This document shows, in pieces, positions 27,994 through 38,467 of a DNA stretch of 64,000 bases (position 1 is its first letter; each line of letters starts with the position of its first letter). Source of the DNA: Thermofilaceae archaeon (GTDB lineage Archaea; Thermoproteota; Thermoprotei; Thermofilales; Thermofilaceae); the NCBI GenBank assembly GCA_038861545.1, contig JAWCCZ010000003.1, forward strand, positions 32,001-96,000, written 5' to 3'. The notes below the pieces were generated by a model that worked only from the letters and a program-made list of their open reading frames with translations, made no database searches and was not told where the DNA came from. The position numbers and the translations under genes are program-made.

Positions 27994-29379
27994 GTGGTGG
28001 AGGGCTTCAAACAGCTACGAAGCGCGCCGCGCGGCTTCAAAGTCAGTATAATAGAAGGTGCATTGACTGTTTTCGGGTCCTCGTTAATCGGACCCATGGT
28101 AACGCCGCTTCTGATACGCCTGGGAGCAGATGCCGGCGTCATTGGTTTATACACCGCATTGGTCTCTACAACTACACCTCTGATGCAAATTTTAGCTGCT
28201 TTAATCTTAGATAGGTTTCGTGAACACCGGCTTCTTATAATGACTTCCTTCGCCGGAGTTAGCAGAATCTTATGGTTTGGTGTCCTATTAACAATTTTAG
28301 GTGTTTGGGGAGATCTCTGGACAGCCATAGCTTTACTCGGTCTTTCTAATGCCATAGGGGTTTTATCTAGCTTAGCATGGACGGATATAATGGCCGACTT
28401 AGTCGAGGCTAGGGAGAGAGGGCGTTTATTCGCAATTAGGAATACGTTGCTTGGCCTCATTAACTTAATGAGTCTCATCTTTGCAAAAGCTATATATGAT
28501 CGGTTAATGTATCCACAAGGATATGTGATAGCCATTACACTTGGGGCCTCTTTCATGTTAGCTGCAACGCCTTTACTTTACCTCTATGGGGATCAAGTTA
28601 AGCCTAAAGGTATTGGCTTAGGATTAAAAGGCGTTGCAGCGGCCTTTAAAGACAGGCAAGTACTCAAGGATTCTTTCTCCCTATCGTTCTGGAACTTTAC
28701 GGTTAGCATGGTAGGCGGAGTATGGAATTACCATATGTACGTGGCCTACGGAGCTGACGAAATCTGGTTTACTACTTTGAACTTAGTAGCCGGGCTAATA
28801 GGTATAGTAGCAAATCCTCCATGGGGATCTTTTTATGATAGGTTTGGTCCGAGAACTACTTTCATCCTATCTGGTTTGGGAATAGTTGCGGTACCCATTC
28901 TATTTCCCTTTTTACCAAGCCTAGCCAGCCAAGCAGCGTTACAAATGTACTCTACATTTGTATGGAGTGGATTTAACTTGGCTGCGTTCAATTATGCTCT
29001 GTCCTATGGATCTGAAGCTCGACATTTATACATAGCAGTTTATAACACAATTCCTTCATTGTTTTCTGCCCTCGGTACACTGACAGGAGTCCAAATCTAT
29101 GATAGGGCAACAGTTTGGGTATTTTTTATCTCTGGAGTTGGAAGAATATTTGCATTAACTGTTCTGTATCAGACCTCCTCATCAAGAGGGTTAGCATATG
29201 AGGAACTAAAGGTTCTCAGCAATCTTTATCCTATTTTTTTAACTACACGCGCATTAGCGGTTTATGCTTATGCGGAATTCATTCTGGCATTAAAATTACT
29301 CTATGCTGCTTTGCTAACAGTACTAGTACTCTCGGCACTAGCCGGACTATTTATAATACTCAAGGTAATAGCCCTATAG
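27994..29379 (+). CDS. MFS transporter
   Basis: About 12 hydrophobic helices, ERGRLFA, YDRFGPR. Confidence 0.88.
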   Translation: MVEGFKQLRSAPRGFKVSIIEGALTVFGSSLIGPMVTPLLIRLGADAGVIGLYTALVSTTTPLMQILAALILDRFREHRLLIMTSFAGVSRILWFGVLLTILGVWGDLWTAIALLGLSNAIGVLSSLAWTDIMADLVEARERGRLFAIRNTLLGLINLMSLIFAKAIYDRLMYPQGYVIAITLGASFMLAATPLLYLYGDQVKPKGIGLGLKGVAAAFKDRQVLKDSFSLSFWNFTVSMVGGVWNYHMYVAYGADEIWFTTLNLVAGLIGIVANPPWGSFYDRFGPRTTFILSGLGIVAVPILFPFLPSLASQAALQMYSTFVWSGFNLAAFNYALSYGSEARHLYIAVYNTIPSLFSALGTLTGVQIYDRATVWVFFISGVGRIFALTVLYQTSSSRGLAYEELKVLSNLYPIFLTTRALAVYAYAEFILALKLLYAALLTVLVLSALAGLFIILKVIAL

Positions 29380-29387
29380 GTGGAGAA

Positions 29388-30128
29388 ATGCCGGGTGACA
29401 GCATAGATATCATTAATGTTTTATTGAATGAGCTTAGAAAGATAGGAGTAGAGTACTTAACCACCGTAATATTCGTACTTCCGCGCATACTGGGCATGGC
29501 TTTAATACTGATAGCTGGGTGGCTGCTAGGTAGACTGACAGGTAAATTGATAGCAGCTTTTGTGAAAATTAGTAAAGCTGATGATGCACTGCATGGAACA
29601 CCTCTTGGCGTTTACCTCAACAAAGCTGGATATTCCCTTTCTAGTTTGCTAGATCTAGTAACCAGAGCTAGTGTTTATATCCTCACCATCGCCTTAGCTC
29701 TCCGAGTATTACAGGTCCCAGAGGCCACGTCTGCTGCAGATGCTCTTCTCCAATTAGTTGGACGCCTCATCTTGGGTGCAATCATACTTACAATCGGACT
29801 CTTCGTCGTGGAAAAGGTGATAGGAGTTGTCAGTAGGGTCCTGGAAGGCAATCACGAAACGTCAATAGCGTTGGGAGTTACCCACGCTATTTTGTTGGCC
29901 ATAATTATTGCTGCGGCTGCCTCGAGCGTGGGCGTAGATTTGAGCCCGATCGTTGTGGTGCTTTCCTCAGTTGCTTGGGGGGTGGGCGCCGGAATCGGCT
30001 TCGCAATTGTACTCGTCACGCTCGCACTATTGAGAGAAGAGTTAAGTTATCTCTTTAAGGCATTTATTATGGCTCTGCGGTATCAATCCCGAGAACCGAA
30101 TAAACAATCCAGTAACGATTCAGGGTAA
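29388..30128 (+). CDS. Conserved TM-helix membrane protein (mechanosensitive channel/CmpX-like)
   Basis: LPRILG..ILIAGWLLG repeat-type helices. Confidence 0.65.
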   Translation: MPGDSIDIINVLLNELRKIGVEYLTTVIFVLPRILGMALILIAGWLLGRLTGKLIAAFVKISKADDALHGTPLGVYLNKAGYSLSSLLDLVTRASVYILTIALALRVLQVPEATSAADALLQLVGRLILGAIILTIGLFVVEKVIGVVSRVLEGNHETSIALGVTHAILLAIIIAAAASSVGVDLSPIVVVLSSVAWGVGAGIGFAIVLVTLALLREELSYLFKAFIMALRYQSREPNKQSSNDSG

Positions 30129-30181
30129 AAGCAAGCATAGATGAACTTGACAGTTAATATTTTCAAGTCCTAGTACTGTCT

Positions 30182-31255
30182 TCAGAGGTTAAGTAACGTT
30201 CGAGCCTCTTTTTCATTCAAAGCCCACGTCTGAATAATAATGCGTCCTTCGGGGAAAACCTCAAGTATATTTCTAACGTGTGCTGGAGGTACTGCAATTA
30301 TAAGTCCTTTTCCGCTTTCAAGAATCCTTTTATAGAGCCCGAACCACTTCGAGGAACCGCAATCGTTCCCACTCAGATCTTCCTTAGCTCCAGGGACCCA
30401 TTGTATTGCATGTAACTCCTGTATTTTGAGTAGCGCGTTGAGATGCTTTATTTGTTCGGGGCCGTCGAGATGATAAGCAGAGTAGTCAAGCTTTAAACAT
30501 TGCTCTTCTAGGTGCGGTTTTACGAATTTTTCGAAGGTAGCCGGTGAAAGCATGTATGATACATCACATTGAAGTGGATACCATCTTTGTGGGCACCAGA
30601 TCCCCATCCATGCAGATGTGCCTTCATGTTTTCCTTCACACATAACCGTATACAGGCTATTATAACATTCATGCCATAGCTCAGTGACATTACAAATAGT
30701 GTTAAGCAAAGCATCGGGATTCCTATAAACATCTTTGAGCAACTCGACTGTTCCACGAAGAGCAGCTATCACATCAAGAACTCCGCCAATATCTGTCATT
30801 CCAACTATAAAGCGCCCTAAGTGCATCTCAACAGCAGTCTTAGTTGCTAAGTAAACCCTGCGCCACCAGATATTTTCCTTATCTAGCTTAGATTCGGCAA
30901 TCTCTTTAAGGCTTACAGTGCCTCTACTTTGTTGATTTCCAAACCACATGGTATGGCTTTGGAACACCGGTTGTACGCCTAGAAAGGCTGAGAGCACACC
31001 CGCGCCAAAGTTGATCCATAAATTCGGATAAGCCGCTCCACCGAAGAAAGTAGCTGAGCAAAACTCTTCGAACCTTTTGACAACAACTATTGGATCATCT
31101 AGGTAACGGCAGAAATCCCAACCATCGTAAGAGTACCATTTTGCGGGATCCTTTGGAGCGGTAACTTGGATCACTGGTTTTCGAGTTTCCCCCTCCCACC
31201 ACGCTGTAAGGAGATTCTTAGCTTCTTCCCAATCTTCCTTGTAAAGTAGCTTCAC
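30182..31255 (-). CDS. UroD/MtaA-CmuA superfamily TIM-barrel protein
   Basis: GMTDIGG..D, LQCDVSYMLSP, YHLDG, IQWVPG. Confidence 0.72.
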   Translation of the reverse strand: MKLLYKEDWEEAKNLLTAWWEGETRKPVIQVTAPKDPAKWYSYDGWDFCRYLDDPIVVVKRFEEFCSATFFGGAAYPNLWINFGAGVLSAFLGVQPVFQSHTMWFGNQQSRGTVSLKEIAESKLDKENIWWRRVYLATKTAVEMHLGRFIVGMTDIGGVLDVIAALRGTVELLKDVYRNPDALLNTICNVTELWHECYNSLYTVMCEGKHEGTSAWMGIWCPQRWYPLQCDVSYMLSPATFEKFVKPHLEEQCLKLDYSAYHLDGPEQIKHLNALLKIQELHAIQWVPGAKEDLSGNDCGSSKWFGLYKRILESGKGLIIAVPPAHVRNILEVFPEGRIIIQTWALNEKEARTLLNL

Positions 31256-31433
31256 AATTTATCTGTAAATAAGTAGTATATAAGTGCGATAAACTCGATA
31301 CGAGCTCAGCAGTCCAGAAAATAGAAAAGTAAACGGTCATGTGCAGCAGTCCATTGCAATGGAAGCCGATAGCATTGCAGGCTGAAAAGTCAGGGTAACC
31401 CCCGGCTCACCTATGTGTTAAGTGCGAGCTCTG

Positions 31434-32570
31434 TTATCTAGTAATAGTAATTTCACTTAATTCTTCAAGGTATTTGTATCCACTCCCTTCTCTGAAATAC
31501 TTGTAGACCGGTTCTAATAGACCGCTGAGTTCCTCAGCAACAGCTAGCTTTAAATCAAGAGGATGTATTTCTCCTTTCGTGTAGGCATCAGCAAGCTCAT
31601 AAAATGTATTAAACTCCTTTACATTTCCAGATTTTTTACTGGGCACTCGGAAGAAATGTTTTCTCTCTCTGAATAGAATATATTTTGCAAGTTCTAACAC
31701 AGGATTTAACTCGACCTCTCTCGGTGGGCAGTACGCTTTTCTAAGTTTTTTAAAGACTTCATTAGGGGAATCATGTATAAAAATTGCACTTTCCGGTTTC
31801 GATTTAGACATCTTTACTTCTAAAATATGCTGTTCAAATGTATCTCTATCACCGCGTTCTTTAGCAAATAACATAGACTCTCTTGTCTGCTCATCCATAT
31901 TCATTCCAGTTAGTAGGTGATGGTGAATAGCCACCGGCTTATATCCGCCTATCGCCTCGCCCGCCTCTATAGCAATTACATGAGCTTTACGCTGATCCAT
32001 GCCGCCATGAGCTAAACTAACACCTAAACTAAATATATCAGCAACTTGCATCGGTACATATAGTAGTTGAGCAAAGCTAAGACTTTCACCAAGCTTCCTA
32101 CCCATAATTGTCACAGATCTCCTAATCCGAGATAGGGTCGTGTTCATAGAGACCTTAATAACATTAGTTAGATAATCGATTCCAAGCTTCTCGTAAAGCT
32201 CAGAGCCCATAATAAAGTGTGTTTTCTCCGGATCGCCACCTACGATTTTTAACGAGTACTTTAAGGCTTCCTTAAAGTAGCCTCCAGCAACCCGTCTAAT
32301 GGTATCCAAGTCACCCCCTAATTTCTTATTTATCCATGAATGATAATCAGCAAGGAAAATCGTGGTCTTTATACCGGCTTTCTGAAAATCTGCTACTTTT
32401 TGCATACAAAGCAAACCAGTTCCTAGGTGAATAAGACCTGATATTTCAAAACCTATGTAATGTATTAACTCACGCCCCTCTTCTAAATAACTTTTCAGGC
32501 GGTCTACCGTGAGAACCTCTTCGGTTGGTTCCCTTAGAATAAGCTTCATTACCTCTTCTAGATCCATCAC
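31434..32570 (-). CDS. tyrS: Tyrosine--tRNA ligase
   Basis: [32 protein letters not shown]. Confidence 0.96.
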   Translation of the reverse strand: MMDLEEVMKLILREPTEEVLTVDRLKSYLEEGRELIHYIGFEISGLIHLGTGLLCMQKVADFQKAGIKTTIFLADYHSWINKKLGGDLDTIRRVAGGYFKEALKYSLKIVGGDPEKTHFIMGSELYEKLGIDYLTNVIKVSMNTTLSRIRRSVTIMGRKLGESLSFAQLLYVPMQVADIFSLGVSLAHGGMDQRKAHVIAIEAGEAIGGYKPVAIHHHLLTGMNMDEQTRESMLFAKERGDRDTFEQHILEVKMSKSKPESAIFIHDSPNEVFKKLRKAYCPPREVELNPVLELAKYILFRERKHFFRVPSKKSGNVKEFNTFYELADAYTKGEIHPLDLKLAVAEELSGLLEPVYKYFREGSGYKYLEELSEITITR

Positions 32571-32599
32571 CAGGTAATGTTTGGGAACTTTTTAATCTT

Positions 32600-33208
32600 T
32601 CAAGCTTCCTCGCCGTAAGGTGTGCGAGTATGAGGAGGAGGACTAACAAAAAGGTAGTGTCTTTGTTCACCCCTTAATTCCTCTAGTATCCTTTCCTGAA
32701 TAGATTTTAAGGGGTCTATCCTTATACGGTCATATATGTCCTTGAAGGACTCAAAAGGTTTCCGTCTCCGCTCGTCTAAGATTTTCCATAATAATCTTTT
32801 ACCTATGCCGGGTAAGAGTTCAAGTGAATGCATTCTAGTTGTAAGCGGTTCCGCCTTATTGAAGAAGTTAACAAATTCGTTTTCCCTTTGGATAACTATT
32901 TGCTTTACAATTTCTTGAAGCTCAGCTTTTGCGTTAGCTGTGAGTTCATCGTATGTGAGTCTCCTAGTAACCTTGATCAACTGCCCCTCAAGTTCCCTTA
33001 ATAGCGGGATTCTTTCACCGGGTTTCAGCTCTAAACCAGGCAAAGGTGCTAATTCTAAAAGCGTAAAGAATCTATCTCCGATAGCTTGTACTATGGGTCC
33101 TTTCACGCCTTCTCTCTTACCTCTACTGAGCGTTAGACCATAAGGTAAAAAATCTAGAATATAGACATATTCTTCATAAAATTTTTGTTTCCTTTCTTGG
33201 AATTTCAT
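32600..33208 (-). CDS. DUF655 family putative RNA-binding protein
   Basis: ILDFLPYG, FTLLE, RMHSLELLPGIGK HhH; next to rpo4. Confidence 0.92.
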   Translation of the reverse strand: MKFQERKQKFYEEYVYILDFLPYGLTLSRGKREGVKGPIVQAIGDRFFTLLELAPLPGLELKPGERIPLLRELEGQLIKVTRRLTYDELTANAKAELQEIVKQIVIQRENEFVNFFNKAEPLTTRMHSLELLPGIGKRLLWKILDERRRKPFESFKDIYDRIRIDPLKSIQERILEELRGEQRHYLFVSPPPHTRTPYGEEA

Positions 33209-33537
33209 AGATCTCTCCTAAACTCATTTATTTTATTAAGAATATTTTTAATATCTTCGCTTGAAAATATTCTTGAGGATGGTGCTAAAATAGTTCTTAT
33301 TTCATCTTCTGATTCAGGTGCGATATTAGCTAGCTGGACAGCTATTTCTTCCGGCAACCCTGCTTCTCGCAATTCCTTCACTAATTTAACCGCATTACTG
33401 GAGTTCATTTTTTTAAATTTTCTAGCGTAATCTAAAACTAGTACCTCAACGCTGGTTAACTCGTGTTTGTTACTTTCATTGAGTAAGATTTCAGCTACTT
33501 CGGGCAATGTAAGTAGTTTCTCCTTGATGATTTTCAC
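33205..33537 (-). CDS. rpo4: RNA polymerase subunit Rpo4 (F)
   Basis: LDYARKF, IAVQLANIAP...EIRTIL. Confidence 0.92.
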   Translation of the reverse strand: MKIIKEKLLTLPEVAEILLNESNKHELTSVEVLVLDYARKFKKMNSSNAVKLVKELREAGLPEEIAVQLANIAPESEDEIRTILAPSSRIFSSEDIKNILNKINEFRRDL

Positions 33538-33646
33538 TGCAGGACACCCCTCTTTAAGTGTGGCTTTTCTCTATTATATAAGTTTAAGTTAGTTACCATC
33601 TCTATTACTCGATAAATTTATAGAGATTAAAAATCTGCGGGTATGT

Positions 33647-33961
33647 ATGAGGCATTCAAAGGGTTACAGAAACAGGATGCGAAAACTTCTTCGGAAGACT
33701 CCACGTGAAAGGGGGAGACCTGGCTTAAGTAGATTATTGCATGAGTACAAGGAGGGCGACTTGGTTTGCATAGATATATGCCCTAATTATGTGGGAACCG
33801 CGCCACATAAGAGGTACCAAGGGAAAGTAGGAACAGTGGTGGGTGTAAGGGGGAAGGCATACTTGGTAAAAGTTAGGATAGGGGGTAAGGATAAAATTAT
33901 AATTACCACAAAGGATCATTTAAAGCCGATTAAGCGACAGGAAGTTTCGGCTCAAGCATGA
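33647..33961 (+). CDS. rpl21e: 50S ribosomal protein L21e
   Basis: HSKGYR..RKLL, PHKRYQGKVG, HLKP. Confidence 0.96.
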   Translation: MRHSKGYRNRMRKLLRKTPRERGRPGLSRLLHEYKEGDLVCIDICPNYVGTAPHKRYQGKVGTVVGVRGKAYLVKVRIGGKDKIIITTKDHLKPIKRQEVSAQA

Positions 33962-35270
33962 AATTACTTAATATCTCTGGTTCTTCTATCCACAAAATGT
34001 CGAGTTCTTCGACCGTAACATCAACTCCAAGCGCCTCAGCAACGCTTGGTCGCGTTCGTCCTTGATCCCCATGTATTAACTCTTTCACGTAAAGCCCACC
34101 TTGACAAGTAATCTCAAGCAGAATCTCTTGTTCTCCTAAAGCCATGGCTTTCAACTCATACACCATCTTCTTTCTTACTTTATCATTTTTTCTTCCTAAT
34201 ATCCTTAAAGGTGTCCGTTGGTTAATTAATAGATTTTTGAACTTGGCTTCTAACTCTTTAAGTGCTTGATCACTAATAGGTTGATCAAGTTTTACCCTGG
34301 CGGTGTATTTTTTACGCGCTATTTCTGAGAAAGCTTTAAGCTTAGGCACCAGTTTGCCATCGACGTATATTAACTTCTCCACTTCGATGAGTCCTTTGGA
34401 TAAGTTATTTATTAAATGCTCAGCCATTCTCAGGTCCACTGTTCGGACCTTGGGCGATATAATTTCAACAACAAACGGTCTTCCACTGCCAAGCGTTCTC
34501 ACATCAATGTCTTCTCTACCAGCAGCATGGAGTTTTGCACTTGTCGATTCGAATAACTTAATAAGTGGTGTAGTGATTAGTTCCTCTATGGATGTATCGT
34601 AGCTAATCCTCGAGTCTGGCTGGTGGAGCCAAGGGCTTTGCGGTAGTCCCCTTACTTTCTTTTTGTATCTACCGTATATGAACAACGGCCTTGGTTGTAC
34701 TATTACTTTCCATTTTTTCGCATCAACTATAAAAGTTAAGTCAGGCTTATCGAGCGAGTAAGATTTTCCGGTTAAAGATTGAATTTGCTTACCAATTTCA
34801 CGGGTTAACTCGCTTTTAATTGACTCTGACCTTTCAAGCCCGAGATTTAGCCAAAGGCTCTCTTCACGTTCAATTATTTCATGGGGTATTGAACATCCAA
34901 CTTGGAAAGTTTTATACTCGTACTCCTTTCCGGTCTCAACACACATAACTGCTAACTCGTTTACTTTATCCATCAAATTTTTGCATATGTAGCATTCAAC
35001 TTCTTTGATAGGTTCAGCCTTAATTTTAGCTAAGACTAAATGGGCCGCGTTAAAGCCTGAAAGTGCCAATGATTTAAGCAACTTTTCATTCCATTCGTTA
35101 ACAGTTGTATCATAAGCTTCCATTAGAAGTATAGTTTTTAAAGCGTGACCCCGCTCGGCGTTCGTCAAGCCGTAACCCATCATGCCGAAGAGTCTTCCTA
35201 GACACGAATTACACAACGGGTATTTTTGGACAACCTGTTTGGCTACAGCAACTATGTCAATTATCTGCAT
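33930..35270 (-). CDS. pus10: tRNA pseudouridine(54/55) synthase Pus10
   Basis: LCNSCLGR, HAAGREDIDVR, QRTPLR, GGLYVKELIHGD.GRT.PS. Confidence 0.96.
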   Translation of the reverse strand: MQIIDIVAVAKQVVQKYPLCNSCLGRLFGMMGYGLTNAERGHALKTILLMEAYDTTVNEWNEKLLKSLALSGFNAAHLVLAKIKAEPIKEVECYICKNLMDKVNELAVMCVETGKEYEYKTFQVGCSIPHEIIEREESLWLNLGLERSESIKSELTREIGKQIQSLTGKSYSLDKPDLTFIVDAKKWKVIVQPRPLFIYGRYKKKVRGLPQSPWLHQPDSRISYDTSIEELITTPLIKLFESTSAKLHAAGREDIDVRTLGSGRPFVVEIISPKVRTVDLRMAEHLINNLSKGLIEVEKLIYVDGKLVPKLKAFSEIARKKYTARVKLDQPISDQALKELEAKFKNLLINQRTPLRILGRKNDKVRKKMVYELKAMALGEQEILLEITCQGGLYVKELIHGDQGRTRPSVAEALGVDVTVEELDILWIEEPEILSNFMLEPKLPVA

Positions 35271-35787
35271 ATGATAACCTATCTAGGAGGATATTTAAAA
35301 CAGGTATTATCTGGTCGGGCCATTGCCTATCTACAGGACATTTTAGATACACCACGTTTGCCGTTGTCTTGAAAGCTTGGCCCCTATGAATAAAAGGCAT
35401 GATAAAAGCTACTGGGGTTCGAGGGGGATTTTCTAAAAGTTCTTTCCCGTACGGTGCGCAAAAGTATTTTACTGGAAAGTTAAGCAAGTATGATTCCAAG
35501 TTCCGCTTACTTATGATCACACCACTGTGTGCCACGCCGCGCCCTTCATTAATCACACGAAAAACCTTCCTTAGGATGCCTAGCAATGAACCCTCATCGG
35601 GCCTAACACTCTTCAAATGGCTAGTAACAAAATGTATCGCTACTTTATTCGTAAGGAAAACAACGTCGGCATCCTTACGTAGTCCGTGAGAAAGCATTAT
35701 ACTGGCGGATATGCAACGGGCCATTAAAGGCATATTCTCTGAAAATTCATTTTCGCTTTGAGCTAATAGAATAAAACGCCGCCGCAT
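35257..35787 (-). CDS. Divergent TrmY-like SPOUT protein, paralog B
   Basis: RCISASIMLSHGLRKD and RPDE retained, SAM-knot GDH motif absent; coupled to pus10. Confidence 0.65.
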   Translation of the reverse strand: MRRRFILLAQSENEFSENMPLMARCISASIMLSHGLRKDADVVFLTNKVAIHFVTSHLKSVRPDEGSLLGILRKVFRVINEGRGVAHSGVIISKRNLESYLLNFPVKYFCAPYGKELLENPPRTPVAFIMPFIHRGQAFKTTANVVYLKCPVDRQWPDQIIPVLNILLDRLSYADN

Positions 35788-37085
35788 TAGATACCTGGTA
35801 TTAGGCGTCCTCCTCGACTTCTACTCAGTTGTCTCAAAAGCTTCTGAGTCCTCCTATACGTAGTTAACAAGTTCTTTACATCCTTTATGCTTGTTCCGGA
35901 ACCCTTAGCAATTCTAATCATCCTAGACCTGTTTATAATATCAGGGTTTGCTAACTCATCTCCTGTCATCGAGTTTATTATAGCTATCCATTTTTTCACA
36001 TTTTCAGAGCTCGCTTTTTCTAATTCTGGTGTAATTTCATGCGATCCAGGAAGTATTTCCAAAATTTTCCTCAAAGGCCCCATTTTTGAAAGCTCTTCAA
36101 GTTGTTGTTTGAATTCAAATAAAGTAAATTTACCCCTGAGCAGCACATCGGGCTGTACGGTCAATTGAGCTTTACGCATACGATCCACCAAGGATTTCAG
36201 GTCTCCTATTCCAAGAAGCCTACTTACAAAAGAAGGCGGGTCGAAGGGTTCTAACTCCTCTAACTTCTCTCCTACACCTATGAACGCCACTCTTACACCG
36301 GTCTTCGCAATGGCGGCAAGCGCTCCCCCTCCCCTAGCTGAGCCATCCATTTTAGTAAGTATTATTGACCCCAAGGGAGCCACCTTATGAAATGCTGCTG
36401 CTTGAGCCCCGGCCTTTTTACCTATCGTAGCATCAAGGACAAGTACTACTTCATCCGGTTTCAATGACTCTGCAATATCCTTCATCTCATTCAGTAAATC
36501 TTTCTCTTCCTTATGCCGCCCAGCTGTATCTACTATTATAAGCTCAATACCTTTGCTTCTTAAAGCCTTTACTCCATTTAAAGCAACTTCAACCGGAGGT
36601 GCGCCCTTTAACCCATAAAACTCAACGCCAATGGAATTAGCTAGCTGACTTAATTGTTCATATGCTCCAGGTCTATAATTGTCAGCGCATATTAATCCAA
36701 CCTTAAATCCTTTCCCCTTATAATGTAAAGCTAACTTAGCGGCTGTAGTGGTTTTTCCAGATCCCTGAAGACCTACAAGCAGCAGGACTCCTCCTTTCCT
36801 AACTTTAAGTTCATGCTTATTTTCACCACCCAACACGTTCACTAATTCCTCATAAAGTGTACGGAGAAGCAGTTCCCGTCTTGAAAATCCTGGAGGTACA
36901 TCCTCCTTAAACACACGGTCCTCTACTCTCTTGACCAGCTCGAGAACCAAGTCTGGGCTTACATCCGCTTTAAGCAATTCTCTTTCCAGTTCTCTTAAAG
37001 TTTTTTTAACCGCTATCCTATCTATAACTGGTTCTCTCTTAATTAGCGAGACTATTTTAGATAAACCTTTCCTAAATTCCTCCAT
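35787..37085 (-). CDS. srp54: Signal recognition particle protein SRP54
   Basis: GLQGSGKTTT, DTAGRH, TKMDG.ARGGG, M-domain SRMIRIAKGSG. Confidence 0.97.
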   Translation of the reverse strand: MEEFRKGLSKIVSLIKREPVIDRIAVKKTLRELERELLKADVSPDLVLELVKRVEDRVFKEDVPPGFSRRELLLRTLYEELVNVLGGENKHELKVRKGGVLLLVGLQGSGKTTTAAKLALHYKGKGFKVGLICADNYRPGAYEQLSQLANSIGVEFYGLKGAPPVEVALNGVKALRSKGIELIIVDTAGRHKEEKDLLNEMKDIAESLKPDEVVLVLDATIGKKAGAQAAAFHKVAPLGSIILTKMDGSARGGGALAAIAKTGVRVAFIGVGEKLEELEPFDPPSFVSRLLGIGDLKSLVDRMRKAQLTVQPDVLLRGKFTLFEFKQQLEELSKMGPLRKILEILPGSHEITPELEKASSENVKKWIAIINSMTGDELANPDIINRSRMIRIAKGSGTSIKDVKNLLTTYRRTQKLLRQLSRSRGGRLIPGI

Positions 37086-37091
37086 CTTCAG

Positions 37092-37265
37092 TTACGGTGG
37101 GTTTGGTACTATTAGGTGAGCAATCATTACACACAACATCAAACCTACAGCTAAGGCAACGATGGCTTCGGGACGCAGTTTAACCCCTCCAACCTCTTCC
37201 TCGAAATAGGTAAGCAAACCTGCAGCGGATTGCGGCGCTCGTACTTTCTTTTTACCTCTGGTCAT
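37092..37265 (-). CDS. secG: Preprotein translocase Sec61beta/SecG (not in ORF track)
   Basis: MTRGKKKVRAPQSAAGLLTYFEEEVGGVKLRPEAIVALAVGLMLCVMIAHLIVPNPP*. Confidence 0.9.
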   Translation of the reverse strand: MTRGKKKVRAPQSAAGLLTYFEEEVGGVKLRPEAIVALAVGLMLCVMIAHLIVPNPP

Positions 37266-37393
37266 CAACTAGGGAAAGTTCTGCAGGTGATAAAACTTTC
37301 GATAGAATTAATGTTACACTGCCTTTTAACCAATGGATTTTCCCTATTTTAATTACTATTGTGCACCTGTTAAGCTGCCACTTTCAGTTAAAT

Positions 37394-37993
37394 TTATGGG
37401 GTACACTGTAAGTCACCCTCTACTATTTCAATCAATAATTTTCCAGGTATTAATTTAGGTGGTTTTACATTGCTTAGACCTAATGGGTCATCTATTATCA
37501 AAGTGAATCTATCACCTCGTTCGGTGACTTTTGCTATGAGTTCTCTATAATTCCTCGTGTACATGCCTAATGCCTCGAAAGATTTCGCGGTATCCATAAC
37601 TAACTGTAAAATTCCTTCAATATTTGTGATAACCATCTGCGCTGCGACACCAGGATCTAATGCAAAACCAAACTCTGGAATCTCTATAGAGGCAGTATTG
37701 CTACGAATGACGCGTGCATACAAATCATCTATGCAATCAACTCTATAATATAGCCTAACATGTTTTTTCAACTCTAAAGGTATTACATCAGAGTACCTGT
37801 AACCGCACTTTGAGCACTTTCTAGAGGTCAGTAGAACTTTTCCCACATCCGGCATATCATATATACTTTCTCTAACCATCATATTCGAATTACAAAACGG
37901 GCATTCAATTACAGATTCATCTGAGTAAACAGCATATGTTGCAATATTTTCTGGCGACTGGTTCGGAGTTTTCTGATCATCTCTCTCCGGCAT
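37394..37993 (-). CDS. ZPR1 zinc-finger protein
   Basis: CPFC..CSKCGYR, RVIRS, IPE.G, ITNIEG, DDPLG. Confidence 0.93.
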   Translation of the reverse strand: MPERDDQKTPNQSPENIATYAVYSDESVIECPFCNSNMMVRESIYDMPDVGKVLLTSRKCSKCGYRYSDVIPLELKKHVRLYYRVDCIDDLYARVIRSNTASIEIPEFGFALDPGVAAQMVITNIEGILQLVMDTAKSFEALGMYTRNYRELIAKVTERGDRFTLIIDDPLGLSNVKPPKLIPGKLLIEIVEGDLQCTP

Positions 37994-38467
37994 AAGAGGA
38001 GAGTGTATGAACTTGCCTTATAAGGTCTAACTTTATGGAGGACGAAAACGTTACACTCAACCAACCAGGATTTATTTTCAATCGCACTCAAACGACATAA
38101 ACTGGTTACTGGAGAAGAGTTGAGAGGTGGGTAAACCCTATGAAACATGCTTGCCGGGCTTACCCGAAGGAAGGGGTATTGTGACAAAAACCGGAGATAT
38201 AGCCGTTCTTTTCTTAGAAGTTAACAGCATCTAATGCATTATGGCAGCGAAGTACTAGTCTTACTGCTGGGAATGAATGGCCGGCTAGTTCTATTCGTAT
38301 TATAGGAGATATCTAGTTATAGATTATATAAATTTCTTAAACTATATAGTTTTTAAAATTAACAAAATATAGATTAGTTATAAATATATTAAAGGAGATA
38401 TCGGAAATCTAGAGAAGTTTACATTACTATTTATGTCAGAATCTTAATAACTTATATTGTTTATCTT

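Noticed and set aside
27966-28556. 196-aa minus-strand ORF
   Set aside because: Antisense shadow of the MFS transporter
31390-31440. Possible third C/D sRNA on minus strand (AGGTGA-GCCGGGGGTTACC-CTGA)
   Set aside because: C and D' boxes too degenerate and no target identified
38129-38165. Hairpin GGGTAAACCC..GGGCTTACCC as a possible H/ACA RNA
   Set aside because: No K-turn or correctly placed ACA; may be chance within decayed coding sequence
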